Assembly: GCF_018977255.1 (NCBI RefSeq)
Contig: NW_024704743.1
Location: forward strand, 110,238,001 to 110,302,000
Length of the DNA stretch: 64,000 bases
Source of the DNA: Callorhinchus milii
Taxonomy: Eukaryota
Direction: 5' to 3'
A program made the position numbers and the translations under genes. The notes beneath the pieces were generated by a model that saw only the letters and a list, made by a program, of their open reading frames with translations, was not told where the DNA came from and searched no databases. This document shows positions 26,034-38,194 of the stretch, in pieces. How positions within the stretch are numbered: position 1 is the stretch's first letter; every line of letters begins with the position of its first letter.

Positions 26034-27221
26034 CTCCCTCTCCAAGGTTGGAGATAGAGCTGTATGTAATGTGCCCCACAAAACAACCCTCGCTCTGAAT
26101 CACTTTCAAATTGACGTGACATTGAAAAAGATGCAAAACAGAGATATGAACAGCTCTGATGACAGGGAGAGCGATTTGAGATGAAAATACACTGTTGGGC
26201 TGACAGGATTGGTTCTAAAGGACACCCATCAACGTGTTTAAGATACTCGCCCAATTTTAGGTTCACGACGATGCCTTGACGGTTCCTTCTCATGGGTGTG
26301 TGATACCATCTGTACTTTGTGGTTTGATTAGCGCCATATGACTAAGATACAGGAGTCTGCCATGCTCCATTTAAAGAGCCAAACTCGCATCTTTGCTGCC
26401 GTTCAGACTGAATTCAACACTTTGCCAAATTGTGGGCTTTTTTAAACATTACATTAACAAGAGTAAATCTGAATCCAGGTTGGAATTTCACTCCAGAATT
26501 ATTAGAAAATGAGGACTCATTTTTTTTTCTGGTGTCCTGGCCGACAATCCCCCAGATACTTTTAACCATTCACCTCATGACTGAATGTGAAATTTTGCTG
26601 TGCGCAAAATGGGCCTTGGCTTTAACATCTAATCTGAGGGTTGGTGCCTCCAACAATGCCGCAAACTGCACTGGAGCCCAGATTGTGACTACATGGTGCA
26701 GACACACTGTCAAAGATATGTAAGGGAAGGGATGATTTGTGTGAGAACACTGGCACGCCAGTTCCAATTTGCCTGCTCTCTGTCCTTCAACCTTCCTCAT
26801 TCTATTCAGCGGAAACAGAAGGCCGATTGCTGTTTCACAAAGAGCTTTTCAGAACACAATGATTTCCTATTTACTCGAGACTCTATACTGCAAAGTAATT
26901 ACTTGTACAGTGTTCTCAGTGGCTCCGAGATATATGCACACATTTTGCTTTCCATTTGTTCTAACTCAGTGATCAAGAAGGAGAGACAGAGAGAGAGAAA
27001 GGTGAAGATAGAGATAAAAGAGTGAAAAGGTCTTTTGTTAGAGACCTTTATCAATCTCAAGTCAATCTCTTGCTTAAGGTTGCACCGAAACTCCAATCAC
27101 AAGTGAAAAAAGAATCAATGCTAAAATTAATACGTTTTTTATATAAAATTGACTGTACACAATTATTTTTTTGAAATTTGTCCACATTGATCGATGAACC
27201 TATTTCTAACAATCCTCTCAT

Positions 27222-27654
27222 GTCAGCCTGACTCAATTGGTAGCACTCTTCCCTCTGATTCAGAAAGTGTGAGTGTTTGGAAAGAAAGACTTGTGGGTTC
27301 AAGCCCTAAGTCCAGACTGACACAACAATGCAATGCCAGGTTTGTGCTGTATTTTTGGGTGTTGCTGTGCTTCAGATGAGACGTTAAACCGAGGTCCCAT
27401 CTTTGCCTTTTCAGGTGGATATTAAAGAGCCTGTGGCACAATTCGAAAAGAAAAGGGAGTTTCTCCCCGGTGCCCTGGCCAACAATCCACCAGATAAAAA
27501 TGGTCATTGACTCCATGACTGTTTGTTCGACATTGCTGTGCGCAAACTGGCTACTGCATTTCCTGCCAAAACACACAGTCATATCCTGTGAAGTGGTTTT
27601 AGACGTCCTCCTGATGTGAAAGGTGCTATATCAAATGCAAGAATTATTATTATT
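27222..27654 (+). mobile_element. SINE family B (Deu-like), near full length
   Basis: gtcagcctgactcaattggtagcactc head; gatgagacgttaaaccgaggtcccat...ttcaggtggatattaaagag core; tail gtgaaaggtgctatatcaaatgcaagaattattatt. Confidence 0.85.
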
Positions 27655-28941
27655 GGCCTGTGAACCTATGAACAATACAACATTCCCCATAGCACCATAA
27701 TGGACTGTCAGAGAGCCAAACCACACCAGAGCAATGTCATCTCCTAGGAAGTTTTCACATGCATTTTGAAGAATCTTATTTAGTGACAGTCATTCGCTCC
27801 TCTGCTGTCCCATCAGTCAACAACATCTGGCCAGAACTCCTGGTAGAAGAGCCAGTTTGATATTGTTTGGACAATTTTCCATGACGCAAGAGAGCTGGTG
27901 AAATATATTCAATTATTTGTCCTGTTCTTTGAATTCTATCTTTCAGGTGCCAAATTCATCATTACATTTGACAAGTTTGATGCATTTTACCGTTGCTTGT
28001 TATTCTCTCACTTGTTATCTTTTGGGCTTGGTATGCCACGATGAGAATATAAAACATTCATTTTAAATGAATTACCATTACAACATCTCCAGCAGCAAGT
28101 TGCGCTTTACATAATAATAATTCTTGCATTCGATACAATATCTTTCACGTTAAGGGGACATCTCAAAAATTTCATAAGATTTACTGTGAAGTGTAGTGAC
28201 TGTATTTTGTAGCCTAACGCGGCAGCCAATTTGTGCAAATCGCACAAACAGCAATGATCAACAATAACAACAACAAGATTACACTTGTATAGTGCCTTTC
28301 ATGTTGGGAGGACGTCCCAAGGCGCTGATCAATTTTACTTGGAGAATTGACAGCCAGTACACTGGGAGAAACTCTTTTCTTGTCTTTTCGAATAGTACCA
28401 CAGGATCTTTAATGCTCACCTGATTTGGCAAACAGGACCTTGGCTTAACATTTCATTTGAAGGATGGCACCTCTGACACCTCTCTCCATCCCTTCCCACC
28501 ACCATCCTCCAATCCCCACCCCCAGCAAAGCATTGGAATGTAGGTTTAAACTGTGAGTTCAAAATCCTAACCTGGTACTTAAACAAACAATTTTCGCCTA
28601 CAAATACACAGTCACTACACTTTACAGTAAATTTTGTGGAGCACTGTGAGAAAAGATTCAGGACAAGTCAAGATGAGTCAAAAGGTGCTTCTCCTGGGCT
28701 GTTACGCTCTGTGTTTCTAAGGAGGGACTTTCTGTTTGGATTTAATGCTTAATGTTTATTAATGACCTGACCCCAAAGGTTAGTTTAGATGATAAAAAGG
28801 GTTGCTAATACTGGGAATGACTACAGTAGCAATGAGATGATCTCTCACTCTTTCTCTCTCTCGCTTTCTCTCTTCTGTTGTCTCAAAGCGAGTAGCGTTG
28901 GAAGGTAATTGTTTTTAATTGTTTTCCAGCCGTGTTGCTTG

Positions 28942-28955
28942 GTTGCTGTAGCAAC
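28942..28955. promoter_or_regulatory. Candidate RFX X-box
   Basis: GTTGCT-GT-AGCAAC near-palindrome resembling the X-box consensus, in a small CpG-containing non-repeat patch. Function not shown. Confidence 0.35.
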
Positions 28956-29239
28956 GGGAGCTTTAAAAGGCGAACAGCGCGGGTGCGAAGAGGAATGAGG
29001 AATACAAGTTTTGTAATGGCTGTCCTGGGAAATCCTGTATCAGTGGGCAAGCCAGAGAGGGTCATGACCTTTGTCTTCATGAAAAGCATTTTAGGAGAAG
29101 CCAGGCAGAAGTGCACCCAGTCTATGAACAGCAATAGCACATTATTTTGAGTGTGCGGAGGCTTATGGTAGGTCAAAGAATTGGGGGAAAATTCCACTTC
29201 CAGAGCTTGCAGTCTGTTCTCACTTCTTGTCTGAGGGCA

Positions 29240-29790
29240 ACATCATCAGATAACAGGGTGTCAGCCTGGCTCAGTTGGTAATACTCTGGTGTCAAAAGAT
29301 TGGGGCTGACAGCACCAATACATTAATAATAATAATAATCCTTGCATTTGATATAGCGCCTTATCACATCTTCGAGACGTCTCAAAGCGATTCACAGAAT
29401 ATACTGTAAAGTGAATTGGCTGTATATTCTGTGGGCAAAACGCGCCAGCCAATTGCGCACAGCAGTGTCCCACAAACAGTGTTATGGATTGAATGACCAA
29501 TTTTTTTAAAGGAATTGATGGGGAAAGCATTGCATTGTCAGAGACACTGTCTTTCGGATGAAACATTGAACTGTCTGTGCCTGTTCAGGTGGACATTAAA
29601 GATCTTGCAGCATGATTCAAAAAAGAGAAGGAAGTTTCTCCCAATGTTGTGGTTAATAATCCCACAGATAAAAATTGGTTATTCATTTCATGGCTGTTTG
29701 AGGGACATTGCTGTGCACAAATTGGCTATTGCGTTTTCCTACAAAATACACAGTCACTACGCTTAATAATAAATCATGAGAAGCACTGTA
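29240..29790 (+). mobile_element. SINE family B (Deu-like), host of two nested insertions; tail resumes at ~30824-30868
   Basis: cagcctggctcagttggtaatactc head; cctgttcaggtggacattaaagatc core; tail gaagcactgt|aagacatc...gtgaaaggcgctaaatcaaatgcaa split by the L2. Confidence 0.8.
29323..29510 (-). mobile_element. SINE family A 3' half nested in the family B copy
   Basis: (AAT)n ccttgcatttgatatagcgccttatcacatcttcgagacgtctcaaagcg...ccaattgcgcacagcagtgtcccacaaacag. Confidence 0.85.
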
Positions 29791-30823
29791 ACATCATCCG
29801 CAGACATGGGGTTAACTTCCACATGTATGCGGATGACACCCAACTCTACCTTTCCTCCTCTACCCTGAACTCCACGACCACCGATGTCCTGACAGTCCGC
29901 CTGTCCGACATCGAGTCCTGGATGAGAGACAACTTTCTTCAGCTCAACGTGCGTAAAATTGAGGCCCTCCTGATTGGCTCATGTCAGCGCCTCCGCACCT
30001 CAGGCGCTGACAGCATCAGCATCCAAGGCTGCACTCTCCACCTCTCAAAGCCAGTCAGGAACCTCGGTGTTCTGTTCAACCCTGAGCTGTCCTTTCTCCC
30101 TCATATCCGCGCCACAACTGGCACTGCCTTCCATCACCTCCGGAATGTCGCCAGACTATGGTACTACCTCACCCCTCACGCTGCTGAAACTCTGGTCCAC
30201 GCCTTTATCACCTTAAGGCTGGACTATGGGAACTCTCTCCTCCCCGGCCTTCCCGGCACCTCCCTCCACAAGCTGCAGGTCATTCAGAACTCTGCAGCTC
30301 GTGTACTATCCCGCACAAGGCTTCGCGACCACATCACTCCCACCCTCGCTCGCCTCCACTGGCTTCCCATCCCCCAGAGGATCGAATTCAAGATCCTCAT
30401 CCTCACCTACAAGGCCATTTACGGCCTCGCTCCCTCCTATCTCTCTGACCTACTATCCCCCTACCTACCTGCCCATACCCTCCGTTCCTCTGGCTCCGGT
30501 CTGCTCCACATCCCCCGCCCCAACCGCCCTACCATCGGTGGCCGGGCCTTCAGCCTCTCAGCCCCTAGGCTCTGGAACTCTATCCCCCAGTGCCTTTGCC
30601 TTGCCTCCTCCTTTTCCTCCTTCAAGGCTGGTCTCAAGACCTTTCTCTTTGACCATGCCTTCAGCTCCCCTCTCGACTTTCTACCCCCTCCTCGCTCCCT
30701 CCCTTCCCTCCCCTCACCCTGACCATTTCCCCTCTGCTCGGGTCCTGACCCAACTGTACAGTGCCTTGGGACGTCCTCCCGACGTGAAAGACACTCTATA
30801 AATGGAATCTTGTTGTTGTTCTT
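29790..30823 (+). mobile_element. Young 5'-truncated L2 LINE: RT C-terminal region plus 3' UTR
   Basis: Uninterrupted frame NIIRRHGVNFHMYADDTQLY (YADD at 29826-29837)...VRNLGVLF...RLDYGNSLL...LHWLPI...KTFLF, stop at 30720-30722; (TTG)n tail; possible short TSD tgtaa. Confidence 0.95.
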
Positions 30824-32051
30824 GTAAGACATCGCCCAATGTGAAAGGCGCTAAATCAAATGCAATTATTGCTATTGTTAATATAGGCTTCATTCCAGAA
30901 AGTACAAGGTAAGGAGACATAAAATTGGAAAGAGGAGTTTTATTATCTCCTGATACATTCTGGAAGCTCATTATTACATTCCTTCATGCACTCGAACATG
31001 ACTCATTGGGCTAGGCAGTGTGTAAGAAATCCCAGATTACTTTTGTGCTAGTAAATCTACGAGGCAGAGAATGAAAGGCCAGCACTGGTGCCAAGCAAAA
31101 GCTCCAATAGGCATCTGACAGTAGATTCCTGAGACAAAATAACGACAGCTAATGAACAGCTAACAACTCCTTGTCATCCCATATAAATGTATGGTACATC
31201 AGGACCCTTGAAAAGAAATAGGAGATATTAAGTCATGGCTTTTGATCATGCAGAATTTATTTTAAGTGACAATCTTTCACTCAGTCATTATTTTGCTTTC
31301 GGTAGATATTTGACCATTTCACCCCCTAAATCCATTGTCACGGAGAGCCTCAATGCCTCTGCAATCAATGGCTCAGCTACTTAGATAGCTGAACCCTGTG
31401 TAAGCAAAAGTTCCTTTTGTTTGAATTAATGAGCAAGGATATTCAGAATGTGAAGTTATTTTGGTGCAAGTGATAGTAAGATGTCCTGTCCTTAAATATC
31501 TCCATCACTAGTAAATCTTTCATCCCATTTTGCCCATACTGCTTTTGAAATGCTTTGGTATGGTGAGAAACTACATTTTGACTTATGTCTCAAAACGATT
31601 CACAGAGATTCCTGTTAAGTTTAGTGACTGTGTACACAAATGCTTTACACACAATGAGTGTAAAGTGGGACATGTCCCAGTGTGGGACATTTCTCTCCCG
31701 TTTACCTGAAGAGGTATCATGGCTGAAGGTGTTTTGGCTGAAGGTCACCACCTTTAACAATGCAACACTACTCCCAGAAATGCACTGGAACATCAGCATG
31801 GACTATGAGCTCAAAAGTCTCATGTGGGGCTTGACCCAGTGAGGGTGTTGCAATCTGAGTTACTCCAAAATCTGACACATTTGTGTGACTGCAGTGAATT
31901 TGGTCCTGTCTGGTACACTCCTTTGATTAACCCCAAAAGGACCATCAGTCCTTGATTTCAGCCCAGAATTTCCCAAAACAACAATGTTCTTCAGTTGACT
32001 GAGCTACCCATCATGTCGCTCAGCTTGAGTTAATAAAGTATTGATTTGAGC

Positions 32052-32432
32052 AGCCTGGCTCAGTGGGTAGCTCTCTTGGCTCTGCATCAAAAGGTTGTGG
32101 GTTTAAGTCCCATGTAAGGAATTTTGAGCTAATAGTGCCATTTTTCAAATGAGACTTCAAACCAAATCCCGTCTGTCTGTTCAGATGGACATTAAACATC
32201 CTGTGGCAGTATTCAATAAGTTAATAGAGTTTATCCCAGCGTCTTCTCCAATTATCTCTAATAATAAAATATAGTTATTCACTTCATGACTGTTTGGGGA
32301 CCATTGCTGTGCCCAAATTGGCTGCCACATTTGCCGACAAATTAGTCACAACATTTTACAGATAACTCTGAAGCACTTTGAGACAGTCTCATATTATAGG
32401 CACTGTACCAAATGCAAGGATTGTAATTTTTA
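32052..32432 (+). mobile_element. SINE family B (Deu-like)
   Basis: cagcctggctcagtgggtagc head; ctgttcagatggacattaaacatcc core; shared tail. Confidence 0.8.
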
Positions 32433-32799
32433 TTGTTACTAATTTCATCAAGGGTGACTGTTGATTAAAGTTAATGGATTGGGAAGGATTTGAAAAGTTG
32501 ACCCACATGCAGTTCATTTGCAGAAAATTAACTGAAGGAGGATTTTTTAAAAAATCATTTCCACTAACATCAGCAAAGAAGGGAAGGAGCCTTGGACAAG
32601 ACCAAGAAGTAATTCCCATTGTGTACAATGTTTATTAACAAAATTGAGTATCTCCCATCTTGTGAGAGATTAATTTAATATAGCAATGGAAAAATAAATG
32701 ACAATCACATTTTCTAATCTCTGGGAGACAACTTTTATTTCACCAGTTATATTCCCTCCCTTAAATATGCACAGCTTTTGGTCTTAAACAATATAATAA

Positions 32800-33200
32800 T
32801 CATCAATCTTGCATTTGATTATCATGCCTCAAAATGTCGCAAAGCGTTTAACAGGATTCACGGTGAAGAATAGGAACTGTGTATTTTGTAGATGAACCTG
32901 GCAGCCAATTTGTGCCTAGCAATGTCCTACAAACAGCTATGAAGAGAATGACCAACTTTATCTGGGAGATTGTTGGCCAGGACACTGGGAGAAATGCCAT
33001 GGAATCTTTAAACATCCACCTGAACAGGCAGATGGGACCCCGGTTTAATATTTCATTCTAAGTACCTCCAAATATGCAATTCTCCTCCAATACTGCACTG
33101 GAGTGTCAGCCTAAATTGTGAGTTCAAAACCTTGACATGGTGCTTGAACTCACATCTTTCTGACATACAAGTGAGAGTACTATCAACTCAGCCAGTCTGC
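32800..33200 (-). mobile_element. SINE family B (Deu-like)
   Basis: Reverse complement core catccacctgaacaggcagatgggaccccggtttaa; head at ~33140-33197. Confidence 0.8.
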
Positions 33201-33412
33201 CTGATTAGGTTGACATTAACATGACACTATTTGAACAAGAGAAGCAGGTTTCTCCCAGGTAACAATCCTTCACTTGAATTGATTATTCATGTTGTAGCTT
33301 GTTGGAACTTACTGCACGCAAATTGGCTGCTGTGTTTGCCTATAAATACAGTTACTAGACTTAAAAGTTATTACTTGTGAAACGCTTTGAATTGTTCAAT
33401 GTTATACACGTT

Positions 33413-33575
33413 GTATCACATACAGTGATTCCACACATAATGTAGTGAATTCCTGCTCAATTTGTAAGCCATAGTATTAACAGGAATCACTGAGCAGAGG
33501 CAAGAGCTTACTAACAGAGAGGATAAGAATACCAGGGGACCAGTCAGCCCCGGGCTATATTTTAATGCTGCATTG
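33413..33575 (+). repeat. Copy 1 of a diverged ~160-bp direct duplication with hairpin
   Basis: Aligns by eye with 34109-34275 (gtatcacataca...cagtgattccacac...ggaatcactg...gtcagccccggg...gctgca). Confidence 0.9.
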
Positions 33576-33629
33576 ATATTTCCAGAGAGAGCTTTTACCA
33601 GGAACATGACATGAGGCTTACTGATATAG

Positions 33630-33815
33630 ATAATTAGAGAGAGTTAGAGAAAAAGCATTAGAAAGAGAGAAAGTGAGAGATAATGTTAGAGAAAGAGAGC
33701 TAGATAAAGCAAGTGGTAGACAGCGAGGGTTAGTGAGACTGTGAGAGTTAGAAATATGTGAGAGTGTTAGAGAAAGTTTAGAGAGAGTGAGGTTGAAGAG
33801 AGAGAGAGAGAGAAT
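33630..33815. repeat. Degenerate (GA)n / (GTTAGA) low-complexity repeat
   Basis: Direct reading of the sequence. Confidence 0.8.
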
Positions 33816-33869
33816 GGACATAAGAGCATGTTAGTAATGTTAAATATGCATTAGGAATTGGGTATTGCT

Positions 33870-34080
33870 GGTCAAGCACTGTCTCCAATTTTGGCACTTC
33901 ATTGTAGAGAGGCATTCAGAAGCTGGAGAGGGCTGAGCAGAGGTTCACTTAGATGGTAACCTGGGATGAAGTTACATTTATATGAGAGACTTGCAAAAGT
34001 GTTACTCACTCAGACCGAGAAGGTAAAGGGTTGTAGGCTTTAAAAATAATGGATGGTTTTAGAGAGAGATTATTTTGCAG
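33870..34080 (+). mobile_element. Old CR1 fragment
   Basis: agctggagagggctgagcagaggttcacttagatggtaacctgggatga...gagagacttg resembles the CR1 at 7570-7650. Confidence 0.55.
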
Positions 34081-34108
34081 GAATTTAGGAATGGGAGAAA
34101 GCTATTTG

Positions 34109-34275
34109 GTATCACATACATGTTAGTATTAAGCAGTGATTCCACACGTAATGTAGTGATTTCCCGGTCCATTTGTAGGCCATTGCATTAAGAGGGAATC
34201 ACTGAACAGAGGCCAAGACCTTACTCACAGAAAGGATAGAACCTGTCAGCCCCGGGTTACATTTTACTGCTGCAA
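34109..34275 (+). repeat. Copy 2 of the diverged ~160-bp direct duplication with hairpin
   Basis: See copy 1; this copy has 15 extra bases after gtatcacataca. Confidence 0.9.
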
Positions 34276-37200
34276 TGTCCATAATGACTCACCAATGCCC
34301 TGAGCCGTCTCTCCAATCCCCTGTGCGGTATCATCAGAACTCCCCTGCTTTGTTATTCTATGCTTCCATTCACATTCTTATTTTCTTAGCAAGTCAGTGA
34401 TGTGTTGGCCTACAAATACACCATCACTACCTATGACAGCAATTCCCTGTGAAGCGCTTTGATACAGTTTGACATTACAAGCGTTGGATCAAATACAAGG
34501 AATAGTAGTAAGTTCATATTCCCTCTGATCACTAAGTGAACCAGATTGCGTTCTCAAACTCAGTAATTCGAAAGAGATCAGTTGTTCAGCATCTCTACCT
34601 AGGGAACAAGCCAAGATGTATCTCTTAAAGCTCACGGTAAGATTTAAGGTGAAGTAAGAGATGGATCAAGCTTTGATCTGTATTCATTAGCAAGATCAGA
34701 CAACCCCACTTCACACAGCACATGCTACCATGAAAAATAATAGGAATCCATGCATTTGATATAATGCCTTATCATATTATTGAAGCATTCAAAGCACGTC
34801 ACAGGATGTACTATAAAGTGTAGTCACTGTGTGTTTGCAGGAGAACACGGGAACCAATTTATGCTTAGCAATGTCCCATAAAGACCTATTAAGTGAGTGA
34901 TCAATTTTATCTGGGAGATTGTTTGTCAGGACATCAAAAGAAACTCCTTTGTCTTTTTGAATAGTCCCATGGGATCTCGAACATCCATCTGAACAGGCAG
35001 ATGGGACCTCGGATTAACTTTTCCCTCAAAGGATAGCTTGTGGGTCTCAAACCATATTTTGAGACTTGAGGTCCAGGCTGACACTCGACTGCACGGCTAG
35101 CGGGTTTGTCAGGGGAATACTGCGTTGTTGGAGGTGCCAGCATGTGGATGAAAAGTTAAACTGAGGTTTTATCTGAGGCATACATATGTGAAACTCTGTC
35201 TGGTTTGGATAGTTTTATGTGTGGTGATAGTTTTCTGCATGTTTCAGACATCTGGCTGACCAAATAAACACACTGGTTTAAAATACAATGACTTTTCAGA
35301 GCAGAGAGAGACTTTTGTTTAGCATGAGCAAAAGAAACCACATTCTGAGATAAAACAGGGAAATGCAGAAGACACGATTAATGATGGTTGCACTGCAATG
35401 GATTTTAAAGTGCAAGTCATCAGCTTCTCAGGTTTAATAATCCATTCCGTCCACATTTGGCAATCTGTCATTTTTACCTCAATTCGAATGCGGGGAAAGA
35501 AAATAAGAGAAATGGCTTTTTAAAGTGTTTGCTGGATGGGTTTATGCTGCAATTCTCTGTGTGGCTCAGTGGTGATTCAGTGCAACTTCCTGTTAGTCTA
35601 TCACTCATTAATTATCCCAATCCAAGTTGTCAGGCCAATATCTGGCTGGAGACAAAATATGCAAATTTTATTCCGACAATGATTAGGAGACATCAACATT
35701 GACGTTCAGTGACCTCCAAAGAGACAAGCTTTTCAAATCTGCATGAATCTAAACTGCCACAATAGCTTTTATATAAAAATATCAAATCGAGAGTGTCCGC
35801 TCTTTATTTTTTCCCCTCCCTCTCTCCCTTGCCACTTCTTACCTTGTCTCTTGCCATGAAATATGCTATTCCAAAGGCACTGGCCACACAACACAGTCTG
35901 ACTATTTTTTATATGAACATCTACCCTGAACCTCCAAAGCAGCCTGGGAATGAGCTACATTATTCGAGGTGCGGTCCTCCAGATGATATGTCAAACAGAG
36001 GTCCTCTCTACCTATTTACGTGGACATTATGATCCAGCGGCACAACTGAAAAAAGAGAAGCTTATATCAGTGTCCTGGCTGATAATCCCCTAAATAATTG
36101 AGCATTCACTTCATACCTGTTTGTGGGACACTAATATGTGCAGATTGGCTGTGCCGCATTTGCCTACAAATACATAGTCATGACAATTGACAGTAAAATC
36201 CTGTGAAGCGCTTTGACACATCTCACCAAGGTGATAAGGCACTACATCAACTGCAAAGATGTATTTCTTGTTTATGCATGTCGATGTTTTCCAGGCAAAT
36301 GCTTTTCATCCACAACTGCATTTGCATAAAGTGTTCAGCCTCAGATTGTTCGTTCCTTGAAGCGTCTCTTCATGAGTCCAGGTCTGACCTCTGTGGAAAG
36401 GGTTTGAGACCATCTCCAAGTCAGGCAAAGTATTGCTTTGACTGGGGGCCCCTGGAAATGTCTCCCACATAATCTCTGTGACAGAAGCAGTCCAGAGTCT
36501 CAAGTTTGATCAGTCAGACACACCCAGTACTTGTCATGCCGGGTGACTCCTGTGTTCTCTGATAAAATATTACTCCAAACTGGTATGAAATTCATGGAAG
36601 ATGAGAAGTTCCCTCAGTCATTGTTATCCATTTGAGTCCAGATACATCAAGCAACAGAGACACATATTGCCCTCAGCTGTCTGCTCACTGTTCCTCCATG
36701 TCTCTGATGGAATATATTTGCTATCCTGAAAATATTCTTCTACTTTTGCAACTTGATAGCAGTCGTGTTTGCTGGAGGAAAATGAAAGGAAATATATTAA
36801 AGAGAAGGATTAGTGTAATTCTGTTGAGCTCACACCTCTCACTCTCACTTTCTTTCCCTGTCTCTCTGAGCTTGACAAGCAATGAGAAGTTTGTTAGACA
36901 ACGTTCGCAGTAGGCAAACTGTGTGGTTTTAGTTGCTTAAACTAAAGAAGTTACCCTCAATGCACACATTTTAGGGTTCACAAGTTTGGCCCCTGCCGAC
37001 TCCACTCCATAATAATGGAAATGTTCATGTATCTTTGGAACTCTCAGTTGAGTGGTTTGTAGTCACTTAAGTATGATGATAGGTTTTCATACCTGTCAGT
37101 CACCCGGGTGTCCCACCGCAAAAGAAATTACTCTTTGTTTGCTCCGGTCTTGTCTTTCTCTTCTTTCTTCAATGTCCCCCATCAAACAATTCACAAATGG

Positions 37201-37338
37201 GATTCAGTGTGCTGTTTGTAATGTCTGAGATCTGAAATTACATCTTGTTTCAACTTTTCATATGGCTCTTCACCCAAGTTCTCATTGTAAAATAGCCTCT
37301 ATGTGACTCACTATGTGACTTAAACTCACAACTGACTC

Positions 37339-37705
37339 AGTCGGTTGTGAGTTTAAGCCCGCACGCTGGGAATTTGAATAGAGGTTTGAATGACTTTGGG
37401 CTGACACTCCAATGTAGGTCTGGTGTGTGCTGTAGTGTCAGAGTTGCTGTCATTTAGATGAGATGTTAAACCACGGTCCTGTCGACTTGTTCAGGTGGAC
37501 GTTAAAGATCCCATGACCATTACTTGAAAAGAGAAAAGATTCTCCCAATGTCCTGGCCAACAATTATCCCAGATAAAAATTGGTCATTCACTTCTTAGCT
37601 GTTTGTAGTGCATTGGTGTGTTGAACTTTACAGTAAAATCCTGTGAAACACTTTGAGATGTCCTCCAGACGTGAAAGGCGTTATATCAATGCAAGGATTA
37701 TTATT
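37339..37705 (+). mobile_element. SINE family B (Deu-like), slightly 5'-truncated
   Basis: gatgagatgttaaaccacggtcc...gttcaggtggacgttaaagatcccatg...gtcctggccaacaatt...gtgaaaggcgttatatcaatgcaaggattattatt. Confidence 0.85.
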
Positions 37706-38194
37706 AAAACAAATGACTGGATTTGTCATTTTTTTTTATCGCAGACTTAAAATTTTCTGGATCCCAACAACTATTATAATGTTATAATCCCAATTAGTGC
37801 TGACATTGTTAAAGGCAGTACGAGTAACACAGGATGGAATATTTCCCCATAAGTCTTGAACCAATTTGAATCTTTTTCCCAGAAATGTGCTACTTTGAGA
37901 TTTCTTTAATATGTTGTCTGCTGTACAAAGTAACTGGGGATGAAGAGGGGTCCTTTAAACCAGATGGAAGTCTATTCATCTCCAGCGCTCAGGCTAAAAA
38001 TATGGAGATATCACATAAGTTAATAGAGATTGTCAGTTATGCATTCAGATGACACTGTTGATTTATGCAGTGAGACATGCCATAAAATAGCTCTTTTGCA
38101 GCCTGGTGTATTCATTCATTGTTGCCTAACCTATGGACCTATGTGTTTATTACAGCAGAACGAGACTCTCCTTTTCTTAGTCACATAGGTAGCT

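Noticed and set aside
26166..26230. acag|GGA GAG CGA...GGT TCT AAA GGA CAC CCA as a second collagen exon
   Set aside because: Only three Gly triplets, separated by non-collagenous codons, with no good pyrimidine tract or donor.
27947..28030. Possible + exon tctttcag|GTGCC...CTTG|gtatgc (similar candidate at ~46583-46697)
   Set aside because: Unrecognised peptides, no partner exons, and splice-site pairs of this quality are expected by chance in 64 kb.
29649..30722. 357-aa ORF as a host gene or domesticated RT
   Set aside because: It is SINE-derived codons fused to a 5'-truncated L2 with its own 3' UTR and tail; it has a non-ATG start and lacks the N-terminal RT motifs.
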